A stretch of DNA of 64,000 nt from NCBI GenBank assembly GCA_964016885.1, contig OZ024741.1:403806001-403870000 (forward strand), written 5' to 3'. The stretch's first letter is position 1, and each line of letters starts with the position of its first letter. Shown here in pieces: positions 1 through 15,000 of this stretch. The position numbers and the translations under genes are program-made. The notes beneath the pieces are model-generated. The model worked only from the letters and a program-made list of their open reading frames with translations, did not search any database and was not told where the DNA came from. This DNA comes from Eledone cirrhosa. Lineage: Eukaryota.

Positions 1-3000
1 AATTTTTCCAGCCAGCCATCCACCTAATCTACGAAGGTATTTTAGCCTACATATTGTCGTTAATATTATGATGTTCCCTGCTGTATTAGCGTTAAATTTT
101 CCCTGCTGTATTAGCGATAAATTTTCGAGGGTTTCTCTTAGTAGCTTTTTCATGTCGTTAATATTATGATGTTCCCTGCTGTATTAGCGTTAAATTTTCC
201 CTGCTGTATTAGCGATAAATTTTCGAGGGTTTCTCTTAGTAGCTTTTTCATGTCGTTAATATTATGATGTTCCCTGCTGTATTAGCGTTAAATTTTCCCT
301 GCTGTATTAGCGATAAATTTTCGAGGGTTTCTCTTAGTAGCTTTTTTCATGACGTTATTATTGTTATTTTACTGATGTAGTATTAACTTATTAACTTGGA
401 TATTTACCATGCGGTATTCTAATCCTATTGTATCTCTCTCAGTTATTTACCATGCGACCCTCAGTTCCTACCCCCCCCCCTCTATGCACTTCTTTAAGGC
501 TTACTACCCTGTCTTTAACCTAATTCATTCAATCTGAAAATATTGAAGAGATAAGACACTTTGCCATTCTTCTCTGCTAAAATGTACCACTAGAGCTGAT
601 TCAAATTTTCCCAGCCAGCCATCCACCTAATCTACGAAGGTATTTTAGCCTACATATTGTCGTTAATATTATGATGTTCCCTGCTGTATTAGCGTTAAAT
701 TTTCCCTGCTGTATTAGCGATAAATTTTCGAGGGTTTCTCTTAGTAGCTTTTTCATGTCGTTAATATTATGATGTTCCCTGCTGTATTAGCGTTAAATTT
801 TCCCTGCTGTATTAGCGATAAATTTTCGAGGGTTTCTCTTAGTAGCTTTTTTCATGACGTTATTATTGTTAATTTTACTGATGTAGTATTAACTTATTAA
901 CTTGGATATTTACCATGCGGTATTCTAATCCTATTGTATCTCTCTCAGTTATTTACCATGCGACCCTCAGTTCCTACCCCCCCCTCTATGCACTTCTTTA
1001 AGGCTTACTACCCTGTCTTTAACCTAATTCATTCAATCTGAAAATATTGAAGAGATAAGACACTTTGCCATTCTTCTCTGCTAAAATGTACCACTAGAGC
1101 TGATTCAAATTTTCCCAGCCAGCCATCCACCTAATCTACGAAGGTATTTTAGCCTACATATTGTCGTTAATATTATGATGTTCCCTGCTGTATTAGCGTT
1201 AAATTTTCCCTGCTGTATTAGCGATAAATTTTCGAGGGTTTCTCTTAGTAGCTTTTTCATGTCGTTAATATTATGATGTTCCCTGCTGTATTAGCGTTAA
1301 ATTTTCCCTGCTGTATTAGCGATAAATTTTCGAGGGTTTCTCTTAGTAGCTTTTTCATGTCGTTAATATTATGATGTTCCCTGCTGTATTAGCGTTAAAT
1401 TTTCCCTGCTGTATTAGCGATAAATTTTCGAGGGTTTCTCTTAGTAGCTTTTTTCATGACGTTATTATTGTTAATTTTACTGATGTAGTATTAACTTATT
1501 AACTTGGATATTTACCATGCGGTATTCTAATCCTATTGTATCTCTCTCAGTTATTTACCATGCGACCCTCAGTTCCTACCCCCCCCCTCTATGCACTTCT
1601 TTAAGGCTTACTACCCTGTCTTTAACCTAATTCATTCAATCTGAAAATATTGAAGAGATAAGACACTTTGCCATTCTTCTCTGCTAAAATGTACCACTAG
1701 AGCTGATTCAAATTTTCCCAGCCAGCCATCCACCTAATCTACGAAGGTATTTTAGCCTACATATTGTCGTTAATATTATGATGTTCCCTGCTGTATTAGC
1801 GTTAAATTTTCCCTGCTGTATTAGCGATAAATTTTCGAGGGTTTCTCTTAGTAGCTTTTTCATGTCGTTAATATTATGATGTTCCCTGCTGTATTAGCGT
1901 TAAATTTTCCCTGCTGTATTAGCGATAAATTTTCGAGGGTTTCTCTTAGTAGCTTTTTCATGTCGTTAATATTATGATGTTCCCTGCTGTATTAGCGTTA
2001 AATTTTCCCTGCTGTATTAGCGATAAATTTTCGAGGGTTTCTCTTAGTAGCTTTTTTCATGACGTTATTATGGTTAATTTTACTGATGTAGTATTAACTT
2101 ATTAACTTGGATATTTACCATGCGGTATTCTAATCCTATTGTATCTCTCTCAGTTATTTACCATGCGACCCTCAGTTCCTACCCCCCCCCCTCTATGCAC
2201 TTCTTTAAGGCTTACTACCCTGTCTTTAACCTAATTCATTCAATCTGAAAATATTGAAGAGATAAGACACTTTGCCATTCTTCTCTGCTAAAATGTACCA
2301 CTAGAGCTGATTCAAATTTTCCCAGCCAGCCATCCACCTAATCTACGAAGGTATTTTAGCCTACATATTGTCGTTAATATTATGATGTTCCCTGCTGCAT
2401 TAGCGTTAAATTTTCCCTGCTGTATTAGCGATAAATTTTCGAGGGTTTCTCTTAGTAGCTTTTTCATGTCGTTAATATTATGATGTTCCCTGCTGTATTA
2501 GCGTTAAATTTTCCCTGCTGTATTAGCGATAAATTTTCGAGGGTTTCTCTTAGTAGCTTTTTCATGTCGTTAATATTATGATGTTCCCTGCTGTATTAGC
2601 GTTAAATTTTCCCTGCTGTATTAGCGATAAATTTTCGAGGGTTTCTCTTAGTAGCTTTTTTCATGACGTTATTATTGTTAATTTTACTGATGTAGTATTA
2701 ACTTATTAACTTGGATATTTACCATGCGGTATTCTAATCCTATTGTATCTCTCTCAGTTATTTACCATGCGACCCTCAGTTCCTACCCCCCCCCCTCTAT
2801 GCACTTCTTTAAGGCTTACTACCCTGTCTTTAACCTAATTCATTCAATCTGAAAATATTGAAGAGATAAGACACTTTGCCATTCTTCTCTGCTAAAATGT
2901 ACCACTAGAGCTGATTCAAATTTTCCCAGCCAGCCATCCACCTAATCTACGAAGGTATTTTAGCCTACATATTGTCGTTAATATTATGATGTTCCCTGCT

Positions 3001-6000
3001 GTATTAGCGTTAAATTTTCCCTGCTGTATTAGCGATAAATTTTCGAGGGTTTCTCTTAGTAGCTTTTTCATGTCGTTAATATTATGATGTTCCCTGCTGT
3101 ATTAGCGTTAAATTTTCCCTGCTGTATTAGCGATAAATTTTCGAGGGTTTCTCTTAGTAGCTTTTTTCATGACGTTATTATTGTTAATTTTACTGATGTA
3201 GTATTAACTTATTAACTTGGATATTTACCATGCGGTATTCTAATCCTATTGTATCTCTCTCAGTTATTTACCATGCGACCCTCAGTTCCTACCCCCCCCC
3301 CCCCCTCTATGCACTTCTTTAAGGCTTACTACCCTGTCTTTAACCTAATTCATTCAATCTGAAAATATTGAAGAGATAAGACACTTTGCCATTCTTCTCT
3401 GCTAAAATGTACCACTAGAGCTGATTCAAATTTTCCCAGCCAGCCATCCACCTAATCTACGAAGGTATTTTAGCCTACATATTGTCGTTAATATTATGAT
3501 GTTCCCTGCTGTATTAGCGTTAAATTTTCCCTGCTGTATTAGCGATAAATTTTCGAGGGTTTCTCTTAGTAGCTTTTTCATGTCGTTAATATTATGATGT
3601 TCCCTGCTGTATTAGCGTTAAATTTTCCCTGCTGTATTAGCGATAAATTTTCGAGGGTTTCTCTTAGTAGCTTTTTCATGTCGTTAATATTATGATGTTC
3701 CCTGCTGTATTAGCGTTAAATTTTCCCTGCTGTATTAGCGATAAATTTTCGAGGGTTTCTCTTAGTAGCTTTTTTCATGACGTTATTATTGTTAATTTTA
3801 CTGATGTAGTATTAACTTATTAACTTGGATATTTACCATGCGGTATTCTAATCCTATTGTATCTCTCTCAGTTATTTACCATGCGACCCTCAGTTCCTAC
3901 CCCCCCCCCCCCTCTATGCACTTCTTTAAGGCTTACTACCCTGTCTTTAACCTAATTCATTCAATCTGAAAATATTGAAGAGATAAGACACTTTGCCATT
4001 CTTCTCTGCTAAAATGTACCACTAGAGCTGATTCAAATTTTCCCAGCCAGCCATCCACCTAATCTACGAAGGTATTTTAGCCTACATATTGTCGTTAATA
4101 TTATGATGTTCCCTGCTGTATTAGCGTTAAATTTTCCCTGCTGTATTAGCGATAAATTTTCGAGGGTTTCTCTTAGTAGCTTTTTCATGTCGTTAATATT
4201 ATGATGTTCCCTGCTGTATTAGCGTTAAATTTTCCCTGCTGTATTAGCGATAAATTTTCGAAGGTTTCTCTTAGTAGCTTTTTCATGTCGTTAATATTAT
4301 GATGTTCCCTGCTGTATTAGCGTTAAATTTTCCCTGCTGTATTAGCGATAAATTTTGGAGGGTTTCTCTTAGTAGCTTTTTTCATGACGTTATTATTGTT
4401 AATTTTACTGATGTAGTATTAACTTATTAACTTGGATATTTACCATGCGGTATTCTAATCCTATTGTATCTCTCTCAGTTATTTACCATGCGACCCTCAG
4501 TTCCTACCCCCCCCCCTCTATGCACTTCTTTAAGGCTTACTACCCTGTCTTTAACCTAATTCATTCAATCTGAAAATATTGAAGAGATAAGACACTTTGC
4601 CATTCTTCTCTGCTAAAATGTACCACTAGAGCTGATTCAAATTTTCCCAGCCAGCCATCCACCTAATCTACGAAGGTATTTTAGCCTACATATTGTCGTT
4701 AATATTATGATGTTCCCTGCTGTATTAGCGTTAAATTTTCCCTGCTGTATTAGCGATAAATTTTCGAGGGTTTCTCTTAGTAGCTTTTTCATGTCGTTAA
4801 TATTATGATGTTCCCTGCTGTATTAGCGTTAAATTTTCCCTGCTGTATTAGCGATAAATTTTCGAGGGTTTCTCTTAGTAGCTTTTTCATGTCGTTAATA
4901 TTATGATGTTCCCTGCTGTATTAGCGTTAAATTTTCCCTGCTGTATTAGCGATAAATTTTCGAGGGTTTCTCTTAGTAGCTTTTTTCATGACGTTATTAT
5001 TGTTAATTTTACTGATGTAGTATTAACTTATTAACTTGGATATTTACCATGCGGTATTCTAATCCTATTGTATCTCTCTCAGTTATTTACCATGCGACCC
5101 TCAGTTCCTACCCCCCCCCCCTCTATGCACTTCTTTAAGGCTTACTACCCTGTCTTTAACCTAATTCATTCAATCTGAAAATATTGAAGAGATAAGACAC
5201 TTTGCCATTCTTCTCTGCTAAAATGTACCACTAGAGCTGATTCAAATTTTCCCAGCCAGCCATCCACCTAATCTACGAAGGTATTTTAGCCTACATATTG
5301 TCGTTAATATTATGATGTTCCCTGCTGTATTAGCGTTAAATTTTCCCTGCTGTATTAGCGATAAATTTTCGAGGGTTTCTCTTAGTAGCTTTTTCATGTC
5401 GTTAATATTATGATGTTCCCTGCTGTATTAGCGTTAAATTTTCCCTGCTGTATTAGCGATAAATTTTCGAGGGTTTCTCTTAGTAGCTTTTTCATGTCGT
5501 TAATATTATGATGTTCCCTGCTGTATTAGCGTTAAATTTTCCCTGCTGTATTAGCGATAAATTTTCGAGGGTTTCTCTTAGTAGCTTTTTTCATGACGTT
5601 ATTATTGTTAATTTTACTGATGTAGTATTAACTTATTAACTTGGATATTTACCATGCGGTATTCTAATCCTATTGTATCTCTCTCAGTTATTTACCATGC
5701 GACCCTCAGTTCCTACCCCCCCCCCCCCTCTATGCACTTCTTTAAGGCTTACTACCCTGTCTTTAACCTAATTCATTCAATCTGAAAATATTGAAGAGAT
5801 AAGACACTTTGCCATTCTTCTCTGCTAAAATGTACCACTAGAGCTGATTCAAATTTTCCTAGCCAGCCATCCACCTAATCTACGAAGGTATTTTAGCCTA
5901 CATATTGTCGTTAATATTATGATGTTCCCTGCTGCATTAGCGTTAAATTTTCCCTGCTGTATTAGCGATAAATTTTCGAGGGTTTCTCTTAGTAGCTTTT

Positions 6001-9000
6001 TCATGTCGTTAATATTATGATGTTCCCTGCTGTATTAGCGTTAAATTTTCCCTGCTGTATTAGCGATAAATTTTCGAGGGTTTCTCTTAGTAGCTTTTTC
6101 ATGTCGTTAATATTATGATGTTCCCTGCTGTATTAGCGTTAAATTTTCCCTGCTGTATTAGCGATAAATTTTCGAGGGTTTCTCTTAGTAGCTTTTTTCA
6201 TGACGTTATTATTGTTAATTTTACTGATGTAGTATTAACTTATTAACTTGGATATTTACCATGCGGTATTCTAATCCTATTGTATCTCTCTCAGTTATTT
6301 ACCATGCGACCCTCAGTTCCTACCCCCCCCCCCTCTATGCACTTCTTTAAGGCTTACTACCCTGTCTTTAACCTAATTCATTCAATCTGAAAATATTGAA
6401 GAGATAAGACACTTTGCCATTCTTCTCTGCTAAAATGTACCACTAGAGCTGATTCAAATTTTCCCAGCCAGCCATCCACCTAATCTACGAAGGTATTTTA
6501 GCCTACATATTGTCGTTAATATTATGATGTTCCCTGCTGTATTAGCGTTAAATTTTCCCTGCTGTATTAGCGATAAATTTTCGAGGGTTTCTCTTAGTAG
6601 CTTTTTCATGTCGTTAATATTATGATGTTCCCTGCTGTATTAGCGTTAAATTTTCCCTGCTGTATTAGCGATAAATTTTCGAGGGTTTCTCTTAGTAGCT
6701 TTTTTCATGACGTTATTATTGTTAATTTTACTGATGTAGTATTAACTTATTAACTTGGATATTTACCATGCGGTATTCTAATCCTATTGTATCTCTCTCA
6801 GTTATTTACCATGCGACCCTCAGTTCCTACCCCCCCCCCCTCTATGCACTTCTTTAAGGCTTACTACCCTGTCTTTAACCTAATTCATTCAATCTGAAAA
6901 TATTGAAGAGATAAGACACTTTGCCATTCTTCTCTGCTAAAATGTACCACTAGAGCTGATTCAAATTTTCCCAGCCAGCCATCCACCTAATCTACGAAGG
7001 TATTTTAGCCTACATATTGTCGTTAATATTATGATGTTCCCTGCTGTATTAGCGTTAAATTTTCCCTGCTGTATTAGCGATAAATTTTCGAGGGTTTCTC
7101 TTAGTAGCTTTTTCATGTCGTTAATATTATGATGTTCCCTGCTGTATTAGCGTTAAATTTTCCCTGCTGTATTAGCGATAAATTTTCGAGGGTTTCTCTT
7201 AGTAGCTTTTTTCATGACGTTATTATTGTTAATTTTACTGATGTAGTATTAACTTATTAACTTGGATATTTACCATGCGGTATTCTAATCCTATTGTATC
7301 TCTCTCAGTTATTTACCATGCGACCCTCAGTTCCTACCCCCCCCCCCCCCTCTATGCACTTCTTTAAGGCTTACTACCCTGTCTTTAACCTAATTCATTC
7401 AATCTGAAAATATTGAAGAGATAAGACACTTTGCCATTCTTCTCTGCTAAAATGTACCACTAGAGCTGATTCAAATTTTCCCAGCCAGCCATCCACCTAA
7501 TCTACGAAGGTATTTTAGCCTACATATTGTCGTTAATATTATGATGTTCCCTGCTGCATTAGCGTTAAATTTTCCCTGCTGTATTAGCGATAAATTTTCG
7601 AGGGTTTCTCTTAGTAGCTTTTTCATGTCGTTAATATTATGATGTTCCCTGCTGTATTAGCGTTAAATTTTCCCTGCTGTATTAGCGATAAATTTTCGAG
7701 GGTTTCTCTTAGTAGCTTTTTCATGTCGTTAATATTATGATGTTCCCTGCTGTATTAGCGTTAAATTTTCCCTGCTGTATTAGCGATAAATTTTCGAGGG
7801 TTTCTCTTAGTAGCTTTTTTCATGACGTTATTATTGTTAATTTTACTGATGTAGTATTAACTTATTAACTTGGATATTTACCATGCGGTATTCTAATCCT
7901 ATTGTATCTCTCTCAGTTATTTACCATGCGACCCTCAGTTCCTACCCCCCCCCCCCTCTATGCACTTCTTTAAGGCTTACTACCCTGTCTTTAACCTAAT
8001 TCATTCAATCTGAAAATATTGAAGAGATAAGACACTTTGCCATTCTTCTCTGCTAAAATGTACCACTAGAGCTGATTCAAATTTTCCCAGCCAGCCATCC
8101 ACCTAATCTACGAAGGTATTTTAGCCTACATATTGTCGTTAATATTATGATGTTCCCTGCTGTATTAGCGTTAAATTTTCCCTGCTGTATTAGCGATAAA
8201 TTTTCGAGGGTTTCTCTTAGTAGCTTTTTCATGTCGTTAATATTATGATGTTCCCTGCTGTATTAGCGTTAAATTTTCCCTGCTGTATTAGCGATAAATT
8301 TTCGAGGGTTTCTCTTAGTAGCTTTTTTCATGACGTTATTATTGTTAATTTTACTGATGTAGTATTAACTTATTAACTTGGATATTTACCATGCGGTATT
8401 CTAATCCTATTGTATCTCTCTCAGTTATTTACCATGCGACCCTCAGTTCCTACCCCCCCCCCCTCTATGCACTTCTTTAAGGCTTACTACCCTGTCTTTA
8501 ACCTAATTCATTCAATCTGAAAATATTGAAGAGATAAGACACTTTGCCATTCTTCTCTGCTAAAATGTACCACTAGAGCTGATTCAAATTTTCCCAGCCA
8601 GCCATCCACCTAATCTACGAAGGTATTTTAGCCTACATATTGTCGTTAATATTATGATGTTCCCTGCTGTATTAGCGTTAAATTTTCCCTGCTGTATTAG
8701 CGATAAATTTTCGAGGGTTTCTCTTAGTAGCTTTTTCATGTCGTTAATATTATGATGTTCCCTGCTGTATTAGCGTTAAATTTTCCCTGCTGTATTAGCG
8801 ATAAATTTTCGAGGGTTTCTCTTAGTAGCTTTTTTCATGACGTTATTATTGTTAATTTTACTGATGTAGTATTAACTTATTAACTTGGATATTTACCATG
8901 CGGTATTCTAATCCTATTGTATCTCTCTCAGTTATTTACCATGCGACCCTCAGTTCCTACCCCCCCCCCTCTATGCACTTCTTTAAGGCTTACTACCCTG

Positions 9001-12000
9001 TCTTTAACCTAATTCATTCAATCTGAAAATATTGAAGAGATAAGACACTTTGCCATTCTTCTCTGCTAAAATGTACCACTAGAGCTGATTCAAATTTTCC
9101 CAGCCAGCCATCCACCTAATCTACGAAGGTATTTTAGCCTACATATTGTCGTTAATATTATGATGTTCCCTGCTGCATTAGCGTTAAATTTTCCCTGCTG
9201 TATTAGCGATAAATTTTCGAGGGTTTCTCTTAGTAGCTTTTTCATGTCGTTAATATTATGATGTTCCCTGCTGTATTAGCGTTAAATTTTCCCTGCTGTA
9301 TTAGCGATAAATTTTCGAGGGTTTCTCTTAGTAGCTTTTTCATGTCGTTAATATTATGATGTTCCCTGCTGTATTAGCGTTAAATTTTCCCTGCTGTATT
9401 AGCGATAAATTTTCGAGGGTTTCTCTTAGTAGCTTTTTTCATGACGTTATTATTGTTAATTTTACTGATGTAGTATTAACTTATTAACTTGGATATTTAC
9501 CATGCGGTATTCTAATCCTATTGTATCTCTCTCAGTTATTTACCATGCGACCCTCAGTTCCTACCCCCCCCTCTATGCACTTCTTTAAGGCTTACTACCC
9601 TGTCTTTAACCTAATTCATTCAATCTGAAAATATTGAAGAGATAAGACACTTTGCCATTCTTCTCTGCTAAAATGTACCACTAGAGCTGATTCAAATTTT
9701 CCCAGCCAGCCATCCACCTAATCTACGAAGGTATTTTAGCCTACATATTGTCGTTAATATTATGATGTTCCCTGCTGTATTAGCGTTAAATTTTCCCTGC
9801 TGTATTAGCGATAAATTTTCGAGGGTTTCTCTTAGTAGCTTTTTCATGTCGTTAATATTATGATGTTCCCTGCTGTATTAGCGTTAAATTTTCCCTGCTG
9901 TATTAGCGATAAATTTTCGAGGGTTTCTCTTAGTAGCTTTTTCATGTCGTTAATATTATGATGTTCCCTGCTGTATTAGCGTTAAATTTTCCCTGCTGTA
10001 TTAGCGATAAATTTTCGAGGGTTTCTCTTAGTAGCTTTTTTCATGACGTTATTATTGTTAATTTTACTGATGTAGTATTAACTTATTAACTTGGATATTT
10101 ACCATGCGGTATTCTAATCCTATTGTATCTCTCTCAGTTATTTACCATGCGACCCTCAGTTCCTACCCCCCCCCCTCTATGCACTTCTTTAAGGCTTACT
10201 ACCCTGTCTTTAACCTAATTCATTCAATCTGAAAATATTGAAGAGATAAGACACTTTGCCATTCTTCTCTGCTAAAATGTACCACTAGAGCTGATTCAAA
10301 TTTTCCCAGCCAGCCATCCACCTAATCTACGAAGGTATTTTAGCCTACATATTGTCGTTAATATTATGATTTTCCCTGCTGTATTAGCGTTAAATTTTCC
10401 CTGCTGTATTAGCGATAAATTTTCGAGGGTTTCTCTTAGTAGCTTTTTCATGTCGTTAATATTATGATGTTCCCTGCTGTATTAGCGTTAAATTTTCCCT
10501 GCTGTATTAGCGATAAATTTTCGAGGGTTTCTCTTAGTAGCTTTTTCATGTCGTTAATATTATGATGTTCCCTGCTGTATTAGCGTTAAATTTTCCCTGC
10601 TGTATTAGCGATAAATTTTCGAGGGTTTCTCTTAGTAGCTTTTTTCATGACGTTATTATTGTTAATTTTACTGATGTAGTATTAACTTATTAACTTGGAT
10701 ATTTACCATGCGGTATTCTAATCCTATTGTATCTCTCTCAGTTATTTACCATGCGACCCTCAGTTCCTACCCCCCCCCCCTCTATGCACTTCTTTAAGGC
10801 TTACTACCCTGTCTTTAACCTAATTCATTCAATCTGAAAATATTGAAGAGATAAGACACTTTGCCATTCTTCTCTGCTAAAATGTACCACTAGAGCTGAT
10901 TCAAATTTTCCCAGCCAGCCATCCACCTAATCTACGAAGGTATTTTAGCCTACATATTGTCGTTAATATTATGATGTTCCCTGCTGTATTAGCGTTAAAT
11001 TTTCCCTGCTGTATTAGCGATAAATTTTCGAGGGTTTCTCTTAGTAGCTTTTTCATGTCGTTAATATTATGATGTTCCCTGCTGTATTAGCGTTAAATTT
11101 TCCCTGCTGTATTAGCGATAAATTTTCGAGGGTTTCTCTTAGTAGCTTTTTTCATGACGTTATTATTGTTAATTTTACTGATGTAGTATTAACTTATTAA
11201 CTTGGATATTTACCATGCGGTATTCTAATCCTATTGTATCTCTCTCAGTTATTTACCATGCGACCCTCAGTTCCTACCCCCCCCCCTCTATGCACTTCTT
11301 TAAGGCTTACTACCCTGTCTTTAACCTAATTCATTCAATCTGAAAATATTGAAGAGATAAGACACTTTGCCATTCTTCTCTGCTAAAATGTACCACTAGA
11401 GCTGATTCAAATTTTCCCAGCCAGCCATCCACCTAATCTACGAAGGTATTTTAGCCTACATATTGTCGTTAATATTATGATGTTCCCTGCTGTATTAGCG
11501 TTAAATTTTCCCTGCTGTATTAGCGATAAATTTTCGAGGGTTTCTCTTAGTAGCTTTTTCATGTCGTTAATATTATGATGTTCCCTGCTGTATTAGCGTT
11601 AAATTTTCCCTGCTGTATTAGCGATAAATTTTCGAGGGTTTCTCTTAGTAGCTTTTTTCATGACGTTATTATTGTTAATTTTACTGATGTAGTATTAACT
11701 TATTAACTTGGATATTTACCATGCGGTATTCTAATCCTATTGTATCTCTCTCAGTTATTTACCATGCGACCCTCAGTTCCTACCCCCCCCCCTCTATGCA
11801 CTTCTTTAAGGCTTACTACCCTGTCTTTAACCTAATTCATTCAATCTGAAAATATTGAAGAGATAAGACACTTTGCCATTCTTCTCTGCTAAAATGTACC
11901 ACTAGAGCTGATTCAAATTTTCCCAGCCAGCCATCCACCTAATCTACGAAGGTATTTTAGCCTACATATTGTCGTTAATATTATGATGTTCCCTGCTGCA

Positions 12001-15000
12001 TTAGCGTTAAATTTTCCCTGCTGTATTAGCGATAAATTTTCGAGGGTTTCTCTTAGTAGCTTTTTCATGTCGTTAATATTATGATGTTCCCTGCTGTATT
12101 AGCGTTAAATTTTCCCTGCTGTATTAGCGATAAATTTTCGAGGGTTTCTCTTAGTAGCTTTTTCATGTCGTTAATATTATGATGTTCCCTGCTGTATTAG
12201 CGTTAAATTTTCCCTGCTGTATTAGCGATAAATTTTCGAGGGTTTCTCTTAGTAGCTTTTTTCATGACGTTATTATTGTTAATTTTACTGATGTAGTATT
12301 AACTTATTAACTTGGATATTTACCATGCGGTATTCTAATCCTATTGTATCTCTCTCAGTTATTTACCATGCGACCCTCAGTTCCTACCCCCCCCCCTCTA
12401 TGCACTTCTTTAAGGCTTACTACCCTGTCTTTAACCTAATTCATTCAATCTGAAAATATTGAAGAGATAAGACACTTTGCCATTCTTCTCTGCTAAAATG
12501 TACCACTAGAGCTGATTCAAATTTTCCCAGCCAGCCATCCACCTAATCTACGAAGGTATTTTAGCCTACATATTGTCGTTAATATTATGATGTTCCCTGC
12601 TGTATTAGCGTTAAATTTTCCCTGCTGTATTAGCGATAAATTTTCGAGGGTTTCTCTTAGTAGCTTTTTCATGTCGTTAATATTATGATGTTCCCTGCTG
12701 TATTAGCGTTAAATTTTCCCTGCTGTATTAGCGATAAATTTTCGAGGGTTTCTCTTAGTAGCTTTTTTCATGACGTTATTATTGTTAATTTTACTGATGT
12801 AGTATTAACTTATTAACTTGGATATTTACCATGCGGTATTCTAATCCTATTGTATCTCTCTCAGTTATTTACCATGCGACCCTCAGTTCCTACCCCCCCC
12901 CCCCTCTATGCACTTCTTTAAGGCTTACTACCCTGTCTTTAACCTAATTCATTCAATCTGAAAATATTGAAGAGATAAGACACTTTGCCATTCTTCTCTG
13001 CTAAAATGTACCACTAGAGCTGATTCAAATTTTCCCAGCCAGCCATCCACCTAATCTACGAAGGTATTTTAGCCTACATATTGTCGTTAATATTATGATG
13101 TTCCCTGCTGTATTAGCGTTAAATTTTCCCTGCTGTATTAGCGATAAATTTTCGAGGGTTTCTCTTAGTAGCTTTTTCATGTCGTTAATATTATGATGTT
13201 CCCTGCTGTATTAGCGTTAAATTTTCCCTGCTGTATTAGCGATAAATTTTCGAGGGTTTCTCTTAGTAGCTTTTTTCATGACGTTATTATTGTTAATTTT
13301 ACTGATGTAGTATTAACTTATTAACTTGGATATTTACCATGCGGTATTCTAATCCTATTGTATCTCTCTCAGTTATTTACCATGCGACCCTCAGTTCCTA
13401 CCCCCCCCCCTCTATGCACTTCTTTAAGGCTTACTACCCTGTCTTTAACCTAATTCATTCAATCTGAAAATATTGAAGAGATAAGACACTTTGCCATTCT
13501 TCTCTGCTAAAATGTACCACTAGAGCTGATTCAAATTTTCCCAGCCAGCCATCCACCTAATCTACGAAGGTATTTTAGCCTACATATTGTCGTTAATATT
13601 ATGATGTTCCCTGCTGCATTAGCGTTAAATTTTCCCTGCTGTATTAGCGATAAATTTTCGAGGGTTTCTCTTAGTAGCTTTTTCATGTCGTTAATATTAT
13701 GATGTTCCCTGCTGTATTAGCGTTAAATTTTCCCTGCTGTATTAGCGATAAATTTTCGAGGGTTTCTCTTAGTAGCTTTTTCATGTCGTTAATATTATGA
13801 TGTTCCCTGCTGTATTAGCGTTAAATTTTCCCTGCTGTATTAGCGATAAATTTTCGAGGGTTTCTCTTAGTAGCTTTTTTCATGACGTTATTATTGTTAA
13901 TTTTACTGATGTAGTATTAACTTATTAACTTGGATATTTACCATGCGGTATTCTAATCCTATTGTATCTCTCTCAGTTATTTACCATGCGACCCTCAGTT
14001 CCTACCCCCCCCCTCTATGCACTTCTTTAAGGCTTACTACCCTGTCTTTAACCTAATTCATTCAATCTGAAAATATTGAAGAGATAAGACACTTTGCCAT
14101 TCTTCTCTGCTAAAATGTACCACTAGAGCTGATTCAAATTTTCCCAGCCAGCCATCCACCTAATCTACGAAGGTATTTTAGCCTACATATTGTCGTTAAT
14201 ATTATGATGTTCCCTGCTGTATTAGCGTTAAATTTTCCCTGCTGTATTAGCGATAAATTTTCGAGGGTTTCTCTTAGTAGCTTTTTCATGTCGTTAATAT
14301 TATGATGTTCCCTGCTGTATTAGCGTTAAATTTTCCCTGCTGTATTAGCGATAAATTTTCGAGGGTTTCTCTTAGTAGCTTTTTCATGTCGTTAATATTA
14401 TGATGTTCCCTGCTGTATTAGCGTTAAATTTTCCCTGCTGTATTAGCGATAAATTTTCGAGGGTTTCTCTTAGTAGCTTTTTTCATGACGTTATTATTGT
14501 TAATTTTACTGATGTAGTATTAACTTATTAACTTGGATATTTACCATGCGGTATTCTAATCCTATTGTATCTCTCTCAGTTATTTACCATGCGACCCTCA
14601 GTTCCTACCCCCCCCCCTCTATGCACTTCTTTAAGGCTTACTACCCTGTCTTTAACCTAATTCATTCAATCTGAAAATATTGAAGAGATAAGACACTTTG
14701 CCATTCTTCTCTGCTAAAATGTACCACTAGAGCTGATTCAAATTTTCCCAGCCAGCCATCCACCTAATCTACGAAGGTATTTTAGCCTACATATTGTCGT
14801 TAATATTATGATTTTCCCTGCTGTATTAGCGTTAAATTTTCCCTGCTGTATTAGCGATAAATTTTCGAGGGTTTCTCTTAGTAGCTTTTTCATGTCGTTA
14901 ATATTATGATGTTCCCTGCTGTATTAGCGTTAAATTTTCCCTGCTGTATTAGCGATAAATTTTCGAGGGTTTCTCTTAGTAGCTTTTTCATGTCGTTAAT

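Noticed and set aside
471-480. Variable poly-C length between monomers as an information-bearing code
   Set aside because: Lengths differ even between otherwise identical HOR copies, which is consistent with slippage or homopolymer sequencing error.
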